Assembly (NCBI RefSeq): GCF_009914755.1
Contig: NC_060937.1
Source of the DNA: the human T2T-CHM13v2.0 reference genome, Homo sapiens
Length of the DNA: 64,000 nt
Direction: 5' to 3' (one strand)
Part shown: one piece after another, positions 14,736 through 28,906 of the stretch
Layout of the letters: each line of letters begins with the position of its first letter
Position numbering within the stretch: position 1 is the first letter of the stretch
Made by a program: the position numbers and the translations under genes
Notes under the pieces: model-generated
Databases searched by the model: none
Told to the model about the DNA's origin: nothing
The model's input: the letters and a program-made list of their open reading frames with translations, nothing else

Positions 14736-15419
14736 ATCGTTGGGGAAAGTTTTCATGTTGACTTTTTTGGGGGAGACGGTTATGAAGGTAGCATGAGGAA
14801 GGTGAGGGTAATAATAGAAATTCAGTAGATCTTGCAGGACAAATTGCCTGATTCAAATGGTGAGCTACTCTCATTATATTCAGAGTAGGCGACATAATGT
14901 ATTCACTTCTTTCCTTTTCATGGGCAAGTTGTACTTGTGTAAACAGAGGGAGAATAGTACACATCTGTTCTGTTTCCAGTCCTATGATTCAGACTATTTT
15001 AAGTTGCCAAGAACCAGGAAAGTCTGGAGCCATTGTTTGCTGACATAGTCAATGGAGTTCAGTCGGGAAATAGGAGCAGCCAAATGTTCCCCAAAACGGA
15101 GGTGGTGTGGCTTCCACCAGCCCACCAATGTCAGCCAGCCTTACTTAAAACTTACTCAACTGCACAAAATTGCAGATGAAGTGAATAACCTAAGCTCATT
15201 TCTCTCATCATTACAATCTCCAAAACACTAAGTTTCTTTTAGCAACTCAGCACTGTATTAATTTCCTGCCAGGCAGAATACTTCTCTAGCCTTCTGTGGA
15301 GGTCTTTTTTTATTAGTCACCCATGGATTCCTTTTCCCATAGTGCTGCCTGGAATATTACCAACCTATGGTGAATTTAATTTTAACCATCATGTTACATT
15401 CTTTGCTTCCTCCTTTCCT

Positions 15420-15900
15420 TCCTTTTATTCAATACGTATTGAAGGTCTATTTGCTAAACACCATGGGAGGTACCAAGGATACAGTAGTGAAAATACAACA
15501 CCAGGACGCTAGAGTCTAGGAGAGAAGAAATACTTTTAAAATGAGTGAATTATTACCATAATATGTCCTACAGAGGGGAAGTACAATATAATATAAGTAT
15601 GTATACCAGGATGAACTAACCCACCTGTGGAAGTGACATTTAAAAGGAGACTTGGAGAGTGAGTAGAAATTACTGAGACAAAGGGTTTGAACGTAAGGGC
15701 AGAGCTCACGGGATCTTTGTCAGGCAGAGGGAATGGAATGTGCAAAGGTCCTAAGACCTAAAGGAACTAGGTGAATTTAAGAAATCTCCCAAAGGTGAAT
15801 GAGGCCTGGACTCAGAGTGCATGGAGTGTCTGAGATGTTATGTTGAGGCCAGATGAACCAGAACCAGGACCTTGTAGTCAGGTTAACAGTTTAAAGTTTA
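15420..15900 (-). mobile_element. L2 3' region
   Basis: ggaagtgacattt...caggcagagggaatggaatgtgcaaaggtcctaag. Confidence 0.75.
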
Positions 15901-15994
15901 TCCTATTATAATAGGGTGAGTTTTAGGGTTTATCATGTTGCAGTAGGTTGCCTGTGAGATGAAATTAAAGAAAACAGACACAAGGCACACAGAG

Positions 15995-16216
15995 TTATTT
16001 ATTTATTTATTTATTACAGGGTCTCACTCTGTCACCCAGACTGGGGTGCAGAGGCACAATCATGCTCACTGTAGCTTCGACCTCCTGGGCTCAAGTGATC
16101 CTCCTGCCTCAGCCCACTGAGTAGCTGGGACAATGGCTACTCTTGGGCTCAAGCCATCCTCCCACTGCGGCCTCCCAAAGTGCTGGGATTATAGGCGTGA
16201 GCCACTGTACCTGGCA
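15995..16216 (-). mobile_element. AluJ with internal deletion
   Basis: (ttat)n tail; the right arm jumps from gctgggac to actcttgggctcaag in the left arm; flanked by cacaga. Confidence 0.9.
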
Positions 16217-17089
16217 CAGACATTTAAAAGAGATAAACTGTTATTCTAATCTTGTCAGCAATTTTATTTGTAAAGTGAAACCATTACTTTATCTTCTTTG
16301 TTTCGGGAAGGTCTGTTTTTGTGTCTCAACAAGACAAATTGGAACCCACTCATCTAGGGTAAGTGTAACGGGAAACAATTTTGGTGGAGAATCACCTCAT
16401 TCTTGCTCTCTGTAGAGGGCTATGCGGTGTCTCCTCAATAGCCACAGACCTGTGAAACTTAAAGACTAGAGAATGAGTTATCCCACTTTTGTAGGAGCTA
16501 TGGGATCTTCTGGGAGGTAAAGAATTATAATCCCCCAAGGAGTTCAAAATTATTATTCTTTTTCTGATAGATGAGGGTAGATGAGGCCATCTCGTAGGAA
16601 AAAATGAAGTGCTTTCTTCCCCCTTCCTCTCCAAAGAGGCTATCAGTGATGTACAGTTAGGGTCTGGTTGTGAGAAAATGGAAGGCATTGTATGCATTCT
16701 GCATGTGGAGGGTTTCGATACAGGAAAACAGAGGCTTCATAACTGCTGGAAGAACTTCAGGAACAAAGGGCAAGAAAGCTGCACTGATGGATGTTTTCCT
16801 GCAGCTTTCCTTTTCTTCTGCCTTCTAGATCTCACGCAAATGCTTCTCATTAGCTGACCTGGAACCACAGAAGGAACTGGAGTCTGGAAATGTATTTCCT
16901 GGTTACTCTTATGTAATGCATGGGAGACCTCTGAAAAGGATGGCAGTGATGTCAAATTGACAATAGGACAATTCAGCACAGGTGATGACCCTGGTTTAAC
17001 AGCAAAGCCTTGGCTGTTGTGAGGGGAAGAGGGTTCCCAGCGTAACAGACTGCTGTTCTGACAGTGTGGATATATCTTGAGGCATCTTG

Positions 17090-17523
17090 GCATTTGTCAG
17101 GTTGCTCCAGAAAAATGGAACGAATTAGATATGTAGATGCAGATATATTTATATACACACATGCAGATTTACTTAAGGAACTGGCTCATGTGATTATAGA
17201 GGGTTGGCAAGTCCAAAATCGGCAGGCGGAGTTGGCAGGCTGGAGACCCAGGGAAAAGCTGATGTTGCAGTTCAAGTCCGAGAGCTGTGTGCTGGCAGAA
17301 TTCCCTCTTGCTAAAGGAGGTCAGTCTTTTGTTTTATTCAAGCCTTCAACAGATAGATGAGGCCCACTCACATTATGGAGGGCAATCTGCTTTACTCAAA
17401 GTCCACTGATTTAAATGCTAATCTCATCCAAAAACACCCTTACAGAAACATCCACGATAAAGTTTGACCAAATATTTGGGCACTGTGGCCTAGCCAATTT
17501 GCTTCATGTAATTAACCATCATA
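17090..17523 (-). mobile_element. MLT2B (HERV-L) solo LTR
   Basis: ggaactggctcatgtgattat...gatgaggcccactcacattatggagggcaatctgctttactcaaagtc...aattaaccatca. Confidence 0.9.
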
Positions 17524-18368
17524 CTTCTCCTTCCTTATTCATACCACTGCTAGATGGTGTTTTGAATTAAATTTTATATCAATATGCCTCAAGTGAAAAA
17601 TTCATGGTCTTTTTATGTGTATATGGTTTAGTTCTGCCCTTTAAACCAAAGAATGTGATGATAATTATTTCTTTCCTTTCTCTTAGATTTTACGAGTAGA
17701 GACATCTCTTTAGGCCATATTTTCTTAATATTTCATCATTAATTTATTCATTTGTTCAGTCTTTCAACAAGTATTTATTGATGATTTAGGCACTGAGGAT
17801 AACACAGTGATATGAATAAAAGATCAGGCCCAGGAAAAAGACCTTAAGCTAGAGAGCAACACAAGCGTTTTGCTGTAATTGTGAAAACAAATAAGGAAAA
17901 TGCCAAGTGCAAAAGACATTAGATTTACAAGCCTTTAAGAGATGAGCCAAAATTTTAAAGAGGGATATTTTATGAGCAAATTCAATAAATGAAAATTTAC
18001 AAGTTTTACAAATCACGATATCTGCAGGTATGTTCCTGAATAAAATTGAAGATGAGTTAGGACAGTTGTTTATTGAAACACTTTTTAATGTCAACTAATA
18101 TGGTTTGTTTTGGAATCAAATGCCTTAGTAAAGAATACACACACCCTAACATATATTTAATGATTCTTTCACTGGGGCTCCAATTTCCTTTCTGATCTCA
18201 ACACTATTGTCTTGCCAGCTGCTATACTTTTCAAGAAAGTAACTGGCATGGTTGATAGAGGATTACTACGTTGAGAGGTAGCTGAGATGGCAGTTACTAG
18301 CTTTATGACAGTGCACATTTCACAACATCATCACCAATGCTATGGGTGTTAATAAAATCAAACAAAAC

Positions 18369-18985
18369 TGTGGTAGGTTGAATTCCAAGATGACTTCCAA
18401 TGACCCTCACCTTCATCTAATCCTCTCCACGTTGAGTGTGGATGCAACTTGTGAATATAATGAGACATCCACTGCTGTGTTTATATTACATTCCATATAA
18501 AAACCTCCGGAAGGGAGGTTATATTGAGTGGGCCTGACCTAATCAGTTAAGCTCTGCAATAAAAGCCTTCTTTGGAGGATGCCAGAAGGGAAATCAGAGT
18601 TTTGAAGTAGCAGAGACATATCCTGGCTGGCCCTAAGGAGCATATCAGGAACATACCGTGTTAAGGGCTACTTGGCAGGGAACAGAAGGAGGTCTGTAAG
18701 AACTGGTTGACAACCACCAAGGAAACAGGGACCCAGTCACAAAACCTCCAGGAACTAAATTCTGCCAAGAATTAGAATGAGCTTGGAAGTAGATTGTTTT
18801 TCTCAGAGCCTCCAGATGAAAACTCAGCTCAACTGATACTTTGATTTCTGCCTGTGATACCCCGAGCAGAGAATCCAGCCACATGGTGCCAGACTTGTGA
18901 CCAACAGAACTGTGGGCTAACAAATGGTGTTGTTTTAAGCTGCTAAGTTAGTGGGATTTGTTGTGCAGCAAAAGAAAACTAAGAG
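18369..18985 (+). mobile_element. MLT1E-like MaLR LTR
   Basis: tgtggtagg start; gagcctccagatg...ttgttttaagctgctaagt...gcagcaaaagaaaactaa end. Confidence 0.85.
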
Positions 18986-19349
18986 ATAAACAAAAGCAAA
19001 ACAACTTTTATCCTACTTCTCTTTCTTTGGGATGTGAAATTGTGCTGAGACTGGTCCTGGGGTACCCTCATCTTATTCAGCTTACACAGGGTAAAGGAAG
19101 GGCTCTGAGCTCAATGGCAAGGCCACATGGCTGACAGCAGAATCCCATGGTGCAAAGGCAATTTCTTTAGGAGAGGCCCACTGCAACCCTTGCAAAATCT
19201 AGGAACAGCCAAGAAGGGTATTTTCTCCATAATCTTTCTGAATGTGGTTGAGTATATTTGGGTTCCCTACTTTTTGTCATTTATATTTCTATGAACATGA
19301 GGTTTAGAATATTCAGCTAACTTATTAGTCAATCCAAGACTTGATATTA

Positions 19350-19728
19350 TAGTACTTCCTGTTTGTCTGCTGTTTCACTTTGTGCAGATTCATTCATTAC
19401 CCATGGTAATTCCAGAAATGGAAATTTCCAGAAATGGAAAATAAATGGAAAATTCCAGAAATGATCAATTCATAAGTTTTAAAATTGTGTGCCATTCTGG
19501 GTGGTGTGATGAAATTTCTTGCCATCATGTTCTGTTCCTTCCAGGGTAAGACTCCTGTCTTTATCCAGCACATTCATGCTGTAGACACCACCTGCCTGTG
19601 AGTCACTTAGTAGCAGTCTCAGTTATCAGATCGAAAAAGCATAGTATATTTAGGATTTTGTACTATCCTTGGTTTCAGAATCCACTGCAGGGAGTAGAAT
19701 GTATCCCCTGCCGATAAGGGGAGACTAT
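19350..19728 (+). mobile_element. MER44A-like (TcMar-Tigger) MITE
   Basis: aaatggaaaattccagaaat...ttcataagtttt...gtatcccctgccgataaggggagacta; small local duplications of ttccagaaatggaaa at 19411-19460. Confidence 0.8.
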
Positions 19729-19821
19729 ATACATCATGTTTTGACCCAAAGCAAATTCAAGTATGTGACTCAAATAATCACTTTGTAATGTTCAGTTCAC
19801 AGTTGCTGAGTACTAATTCCA

Positions 19822-20076
19822 TTTTCTTTTTCTTTTTTTTTTTTTTTTTTTGAGACAGGGTCTCACTTTGTTGCCTAGGCTGGATTGCTCAAGTGATCCT
19901 CCCACCTCAGCCTCTCAAGTAGCTGGGACTACAAGCGTATGCTAATTTTTGATTTCTTTTGTAGAGATGGGAGCTCACTGTCTTACCCAGGCTGGTCTTA
20001 AACTCCTGAGCTCAAGCAATTCTCCCACCTGGACCTCCCAGTGATGGGATTACAGATATGAGCCACTGTGCCTGGC
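19822..20076 (-). mobile_element. AluJ with deletions
   Basis: Poly-T and both arms; TSD ctaattccattt / ctaatcctattt. Confidence 0.9.
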
Positions 20077-20299
20077 TAATCCTATTTTTATTTTTATTTT
20101 TTGTGAAATATTTTGCTTTTTAATTGGTGGTACATAATTTTCAAAATCTTTTAATAAGTATACTATCGTAGTTTGAATAACCAGAATTATATTTATTTCA
20201 AGAAAGCTAGATCAAATAAAGAATCCAAATGTGTAAAGACTTCTTGAGAAAAATATAAAATGCAAATTTAGATTTGTACCTTATTCATTAATCGTGTAA

Positions 20300-20629
<330 letters not shown>

Positions 20630-21015
20630 TGCTCTCCTTTATTTTATCCTCTTGGGGGGATAAGGCCTTATGTCAAGGTTCATGGCTTGTCAAGTGGTGT
20701 ATGGGCTGGATTCAACCTCCATTGATTCTCCTAGATGGGCCCTTTTGTGCAGAAAAGAACTGGTATGTAGCAGCACCAGTGGAGAGCCATTTGAGTAAAT
20801 GTAAAACAAGCAGAGGATGAAGAGGAAGGCTTATGTTATGAAAGCTAAGGGCAATTCATACTTCCATGGAAAAGCAAGTCTACTCAAATTCTTTTCCAAG
20901 CCAAATGAAGTAGAATGATCATCAGGGTTTATAATAAGGTGTTGGAAATATGTACTTCAGAAGGAAATCAGAGTAAAATTGAAAGAGTAAAGATGGGTGG
21001 ATGGGGTATATAGAG

Positions 21016-21212
21016 CAGGGGCAGGTGAACTTTTTGTTAAAGGGCCAGATAGTAAATATTTTAGGCTTTGTGGACCATATGGTCTCTGTTGAAACTATTA
21101 ACCTCTGCTTGAAAGCAGCTGTAGAAAATATGTAAATGAATGGGTGTGGCTGTGTTCCAATAAAACTTTATTTACAAAAATGAGGTTGGGGTACAGGGGA
21201 GCATAGTTTGCA
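21016..21212 (+). mobile_element. MER58A (hAT-Charlie)
   Basis: aagggccagatagtaaatattttaggcttt...ggctgtgttccaataaaactttatttacaaaa. Confidence 0.9.
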
Positions 21213-24200
21213 GTATAGATCACTGAGAAAAAAGGATTCTCTGAGGCATTTTGTTGGTGTGACTCTAATGCTGATGCAGAAAGAGCTCTAAATCTGAGTA
21301 ACAAGTATTGGTAAATTATTCAACAGATACACTCCTTACAAGATGAAAAATAACATTGTTAACCAGTGTTCATTTATAGATCTACAAACATCAGGAATGG
21401 AAGTTTATTTGTCAGGCACATATTTCTCTGTTATATTCCCTGTAATATGTACTCTGGAAGAAGAAAAAAAAGGGATGAATAGCCTATATTTCACATAAAA
21501 TGTTACTCTTTAATCTTATCTTGCAGTGTCAAATTTAAACAATATATATGGATGTGTGTTATGATTCCTGGAGTCAAGGTGAATTGTATTCCTGTTCCTT
21601 CATAGCAACTAGCTATTATCAGGGCTGATGTTTCTTGGGGCTGGCCTCACTAATGGAACTCAGATGATTTACTCAGATAAGAAATTCTTTGGAGAAAACT
21701 CACTGTAAGCAAAATACTTGAAGAGATATGAGAAAGGGCAATAATTAGGCCATAAAAACAGACTTTATCTTTTCAATGGAAAAAAAACCCTCCAGGATCC
21801 CAGCAATTTACTCATTTCCTAAGTATCTGAATGTATTATTCCATAGCATAAGTAAAAAGGTATTTTGCTCTTTGAGAACAAATTGCCCTGAGTTATCAAA
21901 CTTTCAAAGCTGGAAAAGAATCAGTCTTAGAAAAGATCCACGTTATTGTGTTTGTGTTTTAGTTTGTTCTCAAGATGAAGATAGACTGTTCCGCAAAGTC
22001 TTTACAAAGAATTATGTGAAATAGGTGGGCGCTGATAGTTTCTTGGGCAATTGGACATCTGAGCCTTAGCGTTTCATGCAGGGAGCAGAATTCCTTTGAC
22101 CACATCAGCCCTCCCGCATTGTTTATTGCAGTCTGTAACCTCTCCTTACACCAAAGGGGAGACGTTTATGAAGGAGTTCACACAGCTGTTCTGATTTCTT
22201 AAGGCAACTAAAGGCCAGCTGGAATATTCACTGTAATACACTTTATTTTGCAAGATTTTTGCATTCTATTGAAAACTGGCAGTTAACAGACCTCAGAGAA
22301 AGAGTTTAGATTTTGATTGTCATTTACCACTGCTAGAAAGAAATTAAATTCTAATGGGGCCAGACCTTAATGAAAACACATTGATCTCCTCCATAGCACA
22401 TTGATGAAAAGAAAGCTCAAAGATTTAAGAACTTTCTGAATTCTCTTGACTCTTTACTGCTAATTAGCACCATGACTGTTATTTAACAATGTATAAAGTA
22501 TTTTGGTACCTGTTTTGACTTGTTTTTAATTATCTCTTTAATTTCCCATGGCACCTTTTAGTTCTGCACTTGTTGCTAACAAATATACAAAATGTGGACA
22601 ATAGTGAATTTTTTATTTATAAAACAAAATTTTGTTTTTCTTAGGTTTGGAGTTCATTTCTGTGCAGTTAAAGATAGAAAGTAATTAGTAGCTTTCTTCT
22701 TCTAATGCCATTTTGAAATTTTATGAAAAAAGTATGCGATAGAAAATTGGTTTGGTAATGCAGTGGGTGAAATTCTGAATCCTACTCTCTTCGTGGAGCT
22801 AGATAGATTTTCCTACATTGGTTTTGGACATGGAGATGGTGTATTTCTATGAGGTTGGAGTCTAACAGTTACATCCATAATTTCCCTGTCTATGTGTTTT
22901 CTGGAACCAGCAACTTAGAAGACAGTGTACCATGAGAGAGCTAGTAGAGATGGAACTTATAAATATTCAATGACTTGGCTCTGCTTATCTTATTAGCTCT
23001 AATTTTGGCTTATTTTTATTTGAATATGATGAGAGAAAAGGGTGACTACAATGTGTCAGTGAGAGAGAGTTGTAATCTGATTGCTTACTTGAAAGACTTG
23101 GTTCTCAGTAGCATAGAGATTTGTTAGTGAAATAGTATGGTAGAGCATTAATTCAGGTCTGTGAGATTAATCTATTCCTTACTGAAGAATAAGGAAACTT
23201 AGCTAAACTAAAGCTTAGCTGCTCAACCTAAAGCTTAGCTGCTCCAAGTAAATCACTGATTAACATTAGATCTTGAGACTTAGGCCTATCTAGCACAAGA
23301 TACTATAAATACAAGTTATTGTTATTTACTTTATAGTACAAATATTCAGTGTATCATGAATTCATATTGGTTAAGAGTTGAGAAGTCTTTCTTTTAAGAT
23401 TTCTTCAGCCTATATGCTACTACAGAATGTTTTCTTTTCTTATTTTTTTCTTTTTTTCTTTTTTTGGTTCAGCAAAGGTGAATTCCTTTAGGCCCTGTGA
23501 CTAACTTCTCTAGATCCAGAGATTATCTAATGAGTTCCTTAGAAAACGTTGGGACAAAATTAGTTAAAGACTTACTGAGTGACTAATGTAATCGTATCTC
23601 TAGGGAAATAAGCTGGCTCTTAATTTACTGGTTGTTTGCAAAAAGTTCTGGCAATGAACAGAAACTAGGATAAACAGCTATTATTAAGAAAAAAATTCAT
23701 CAGGCACCTTGGATGTCCATATAAGACATAGAGAGGCCAGCTTTAAATGTTTCTTTTTTTTTTTTTTTTTCCAAAAGACATGACATTGCATCCTTGGCCA
23801 TCGGTTGATAAAGTTCACCATTCGTATGCATGAAAATCTGATTTATAAAGTTTAAGATGTAGTCTGGACCTTTGTCCTGTAAAAGCTTTTAATGGTTTCT
23901 TTATGGAAGAGTAACTGAGAAAAGAAATCTCAGAATGTTTATTTATACCATGAGTTGTGGAAACATATATAACCAGGAAGGATATTATTGGAGGAAAAAA
24001 AACATAACATCAGCAGATTCATCTGTTTCAAATTTTGATGCATCAGGATAAATTTAATCTTTGCTCCAGAAGCATTTTAAATAGTCTTAGGATATTTTTT
24101 CCATCAGACATTTTTATATTTGTGCTGAGATAATGCTTCAAATGTTTCAACACAACAGAGAAATGCTGTGGAAAAAATGAACTGCGTCTTACTCTATTTC

Positions 24201-24384
24201 TAAACTCTAAATGATTTTAACTAATAGCCTTGACCAGAATTTTGTTTTCTTAAAATTTATCCCTTGCACTCATGTTGATTATTTGATACAATATTTCCCA
24301 GTATCATGAATATATGTGTTCTGTGTGTGTGTGTGTGCATCTGTGACTTAAGTGTGTGAATCAGGTCTTTTGCACCTTATGAGG

Positions 24385-24542
24385 TTTTTTGGTTTGTTTT
24401 TGAGATAGGCTCTCTGTCACCCAGAGCTGGAGTGCAGTGGCACAATCATAGCTCACTGAAGCCTCAGACTCTTGGCCTCAAGTGATCCTCCTGCTTTGAC
24501 CACCCAACATAGGATTACAGGCATGAGCCACCACATCTGGCC
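24385..24542 (-). mobile_element. FRAM / Alu right monomer
   Basis: ggagtgcagtggcacaatcatagctcactg...gagccaccacatctggcc. Confidence 0.85.
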
Positions 24543-25277
24543 TGTGAGTTTAATTTGGAACACAATTCCCATGTCTATCTTCAAGGCCTAGAATAATGGA
24601 CATTGTGAATGTACCCATAGTTTACCTCAAGTGCTGGGACAGATTTGAAGTAGGTGAAGTTTATCTTCATTGAACCTTGTCTCTCTTGGAAGAAGTTTTG
24701 TCACATAGAAGTTCTGCCTCTGGCTTGGGAAGGCACGTGGGGCCACACAGAAGAGGACTGTCCTGGGACATTTGTATTTTGGAGAGTGGTTTCTGAATCC
24801 ACTTTTATCTTTCTGTACTTCTCTCTGCTATTCTGAATTTCTCAATCTGTCTCTGTCTTTCTCTCCCTCCCTCTTATTGTGTGTATTTATTTTTTAGAGC
24901 ATGTGACTTTTAATGCAAATACATACACAGAAAGAATATAAAATTCTCCCTTCATTCCTCCTCACCCTCCAATTCCTATTCCCCTCCCAGCACCACTGTT
25001 TACATTTTAGTGTGTGTCTTTTTAGTCCTTAACACATACATTAAATAAAGTACTTTGACTTCCAATTTCACTATTTTTCTCATTTCATAAATATTGTACT
25101 GTCTTATCTTCCCCCCAAAATTACCACTTTTAATATAAATATATTAATTTAATAACTGGAGGAGATACAGACCTTGGTATACAGAAGCATATTTTGAGTT
25201 TCAAATGTCTTCACTTGCTAGACTACTCATGTAAAGCTTTCGCTACATTTCGTGTTCTAGGGAACATGTGAAACACT

Positions 25278-25730
25278 TATAGTCGATTGAATGGTGTCCC
25301 CCTAGAAGGTATATCTATGTTCTAATTTCCGGAATCTGTCAGTGGCATCTTTTATGGAAAAAGAATCTTTGTAGATGGAACTGAGTTAAAGGTCTTGAGA
25401 TGAGGAAATCACCCTGGGCTACCTGGGTGGGCCGTAAATCCAATGACAAGTATCTCTGTAAGATAGTCACTCAGAGAAGAATGCAAGGTGAAGACAGGCA
25501 GAGAATGGAGTGGTGTGGCCACAAGCCAAAAAAATCAGAGAATACTGGTGGCCCCTAGGGGATGGAAGAGGCAAGGAAGAATTTTCCCCTGGAGCCTCCA
25601 GAGGGAGTATGGCTCAGCTGACCTTTTGATTTTGAACTTCTGGCCTCCAGAACTGTGAGAGAATAAATTTATTGCTTTAAGCCACCTAGTTCATGGTATT
25701 TTGTAACAGCAGCTACAGGAAACTAATACA
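25278..25730 (+). mobile_element. MLT1C-like MaLR LTR
   Basis: ggccacaagccaa...gagcctccagaggga...ctggcctccagaactgtgagagaataaat...gaaactaataca. Confidence 0.9.
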
Positions 25731-26800
25731 AACACCAAAAAAGCCAAAACACTATATTTCCACTATTTAGAAATAGAATAAAATAAAACAAAATTTGATT
25801 TAAAAAATTAATTCATAAAATTCACTCTTAAATAAGCACTACATAAGTTTTCTTCTTATAAAAAAAGTCCCAAGAATTGTAAGTCTACCAAGCTTCTATT
25901 TAAATGTCATATAATTACTTGACTAAAGCAGTAAAATGAAAAGATATGTTTCTGGATTACTAAGAAGGATTTATTAAATAGTAACAAGAAAATGCTGAAT
26001 TAAACTTATCTAGGCCTTAAAGATAAACATTTGGAACTGAATTCCAATAAAACTCATAAAATGGGAGCAATTTATTATTAATAATAATATTTATATTTAT
26101 ACAATGTACATTTATAAAACACCACCTTAAGAATGACAATTCTGTCAAGTTTCTATTTGAGTCATTGCGTATTTACTTAACTAACAGCAGTAAGACAAAA
26201 AGAACAAAATCGAAATTACTTTAGAAGAGATACAAAAGAACATCTTCCTGTGGTCCTGGATTTCAGAAGGCTGGGTCAGTTTTGGAGATGACTCATTACT
26301 ATTTTCAGTGTTGGGACAGAAGATGGGGGATGAAAATTACTTGGTGGAGAGGATTCTTGGGAAGGTCCATACTGGCTTCCCAGGGGAGGAAGAGAGACAG
26401 AAGATCTTCTTCTTAGCAGTTATCCCCTGGCATCCTCTGCGGCATCTGACCTCTGAATGGAGAATGAAATGGAGGTCCTGAGTCTGGGCCAGCTGTGTTT
26501 TGTTCAGGTGGGAGCATTGAATCAAGCATGTGTAAATGACCTAGATTATCTGTGATGCCATTTTTATTGGATTCCATTTCAGAAGATGAACAAACTTTGT
26601 GATATCAAAGGAAAGCTTAATAAAACTTACAAGTTCTGCTGGTCCTGAGACTGGCAGTACATGCAGCACCAGGGCAAGCTCTGTATTGCATTTGTAGGGG
26701 AATTGCTGGATCAAGATACAGTTGGCTGGATGGAGGAATTCTTTTCCTGTGATTCTGCTCCTATGAGGGTGGTGTCCTTGGATCATTGAGCCATCTCTGT

Positions 26801-27200
26801 TGTATTAGTTTGCTAGGACTGCCATAACAAAGTACCACAAACTACGTGGCTTCAACAACAGAAATTTATTTTCTTACAGTTCTGGAGGCTACAAGTCCAA
26901 GGTCAGGGTGACAGCAGGTTTGGTTTCCCCTGAGGCCTCTCTCCTCAGCTTGTAGATGGCCACTGTCTTGCTGTGTCCTCACGTGGTCTCTCTTCTGCAT
27001 GCATGCATCCTGATGTCTCTCTGTTGCAATTTCTTCTTGTAAAGAAGAGATTGGATTAGGGATCACTCTAATGGCCTCCTTTTAACTTAATCCCCTCTTT
27101 AAGTTAAAGGCCCTGTCTCCAAATTTCGCCACATTCTGAAGTACTGGGGATTAGGGCTTCAACATACGGATTTTAGGGAAATAGAATTCAGGCTATAACA
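26801..27200 (-). mobile_element. MLT1A/MLT1B-like MaLR LTR
   Basis: tgtattagtttgctagg...ttctggaggct...ttagggcttcaacata...ctataaca. Confidence 0.9.
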
Positions 27201-27356
27201 CCAGCCTAATGCTCCATTTAATACTCCCTCTTCTTGAGAGATTTGGTAATCCAGAGAATTCCCTAGATTTAGATTCATAGAGAGATGATTATTCATTTCT
27301 GTTCAGCACTGAGGCTCAAGATAAACAATTTTCTTCTTGCTCTCAGAGATGGCAAG

Positions 27357-28671
27357 TGTAGTAGATGCTGTAGTGCCTGCCCAGATTCCTTAGGCCCTTT
27401 CACTTCTGTGTTTTCTGGTTGACTTCAACTACCGGTATTGGATGAGGGCTCTCCACACTGAAGAAGACTTTTTTCTTTTTTTTTTTTTAAGATGAATATT
27501 TCTTTCTTTTTTTTTTTGTAATACTTTAAGTTCTAGGGTACATGTGCACAATGTGCAGGTTTGTTACATATGTATACATGTGCCATGTTGGTGCGCTGCA
27601 CCCATTAACTCGTCATTTACATTAGGTATACCTCCTAATGCTATCCCTCCCTCCTTCCCCCACCCCACGACAGGCCCTGGTGTGTGATGTTCCTCACCCT
27701 GTGTCCAAGTGTTCTCATTGTTCAAGTCTCACCTCTGAGTGAGAACATGCAGTGTTTGGTTTTTTGTCCTTGCGATAGTTTGCTGAGAATGATGGTTTCC
27801 AGCTTCATCCATGTCCCTACAAAAGACATGAACTCATCATTTTTTATGGATGCATAGTATTCCATGGTGTATATGTGCCACATTTTCTTAATCCAGTCTA
27901 TCATTGATGGACATTTGGGTTGGTTCCAAGTCTTTGCTATTGTGAATAGTGCAGCAATGAACATACGTGTGCATGTGTCTTTATAGCAGCATGATTTATA
28001 ATCCTTTTGTTTTATACCCAGTAATGGGATGGCTGGGTCAAATGGTATTAGTTCTAGATCCTTGAGGAATCGCTACACTGTCTTCCACAATAGTTGAACT
28101 AGTTTACCGTTCCACCAACAGTGCAAAAGTGTTCCTATTTCTCCACATCCTCTCCAGCACCTGTTGTTTCCTGACTTTTTAATGATCGCCATTCTAACTG
28201 GTGTGAGATGGTATCTCATTGTGGTTTTGATTTGCATTTCTCTGATGGCCAGTGATGATGAGCATTTTTTCATGTGTCTGTTGGCTGCATAAATGTCTGA
28301 AGAAGACTTTTTTCCTTGTGAGTATGGCAGGTTGGCCACGCTGGGGATTAATGACTCTTGGGAGTGTCTTTCAACCAATGACTGAGAGAAATTGGTGTCT
28401 AACTATCCCAGTTTCTTTGGCTTTCAGACAAGATGATTCTGAGTCATATACTTTATATCATTTCCCAGATATTCTCCAAGGGATTAAGCTCCAGTTATCC
28501 AACATGCTATTTTGTTTGATAATGTACCCTTCATTGACTATCTTCCCTTTTCTGCCTCAGATTCTCCCTCCTCTCCATTGTTTATTGTACCTCCCAAATA
28601 AATATTTTTCATTTGAATTATTTTCTCTGGGTCTGCTTGTTTTAGGGAGGAGGATAATCTAAACTAAGGCA
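27357..28671 (+). mobile_element. 5' LTR (LTR16-like), split by an L1 insertion
   Basis: caaccaatgactg...gggattaagctccagtt...cctcccaaataaat...gggtctgctt. Confidence 0.75.
27475..28296 (-). mobile_element. 5'-truncated L1PA (about PA4-PA6) with double poly(A)
   Basis: ORF2 C-terminus ([16 protein letters not shown]) and 3'UTR; 17-bp TSD ctgaagaagactttttt at 27458-27474 and 28297-28313. Confidence 0.95.
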
Positions 28672-28906
28672 ATTAATATTAGAAGTTGTTCTAGGAAGCA
28701 GATCTTCAAGGTGGATTCTAGAATAGAAGCACTTGACATTCAGATTGCAACAAAGACCCATTGTTAGCACTAAGAGGGGTGGTGATCGGCTCTGGCGTAT
28801 TGTAGCATTATAATCATTGAGACTCTTATTGTGGTGAATTAGGTTGGGCTGAGGTGAAAGGGTGTGCACTATCTCATGCAATATCTCTAGAATCTGAGAG
28901 ATGGGG

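Noticed and set aside
14493-14964. ORFs with poly-Met, poly-Asp and CV repeats
   Set aside because: Artefacts of the (AC)n/(CAT)n microsatellite.
16655-16900. Possible very old LTR relic
   Set aside because: Only a short ggaaatgtatttcc-like motif is recognisable; family and ends cannot be supported.
23208-23244. 17-bp direct repeat ctaaagcttagctgctc; similar pairs at 62244/62265 and 62805/62827
   Set aside because: Two-copy slippage duplications with no spacers; not an array or CRISPR-like structure.
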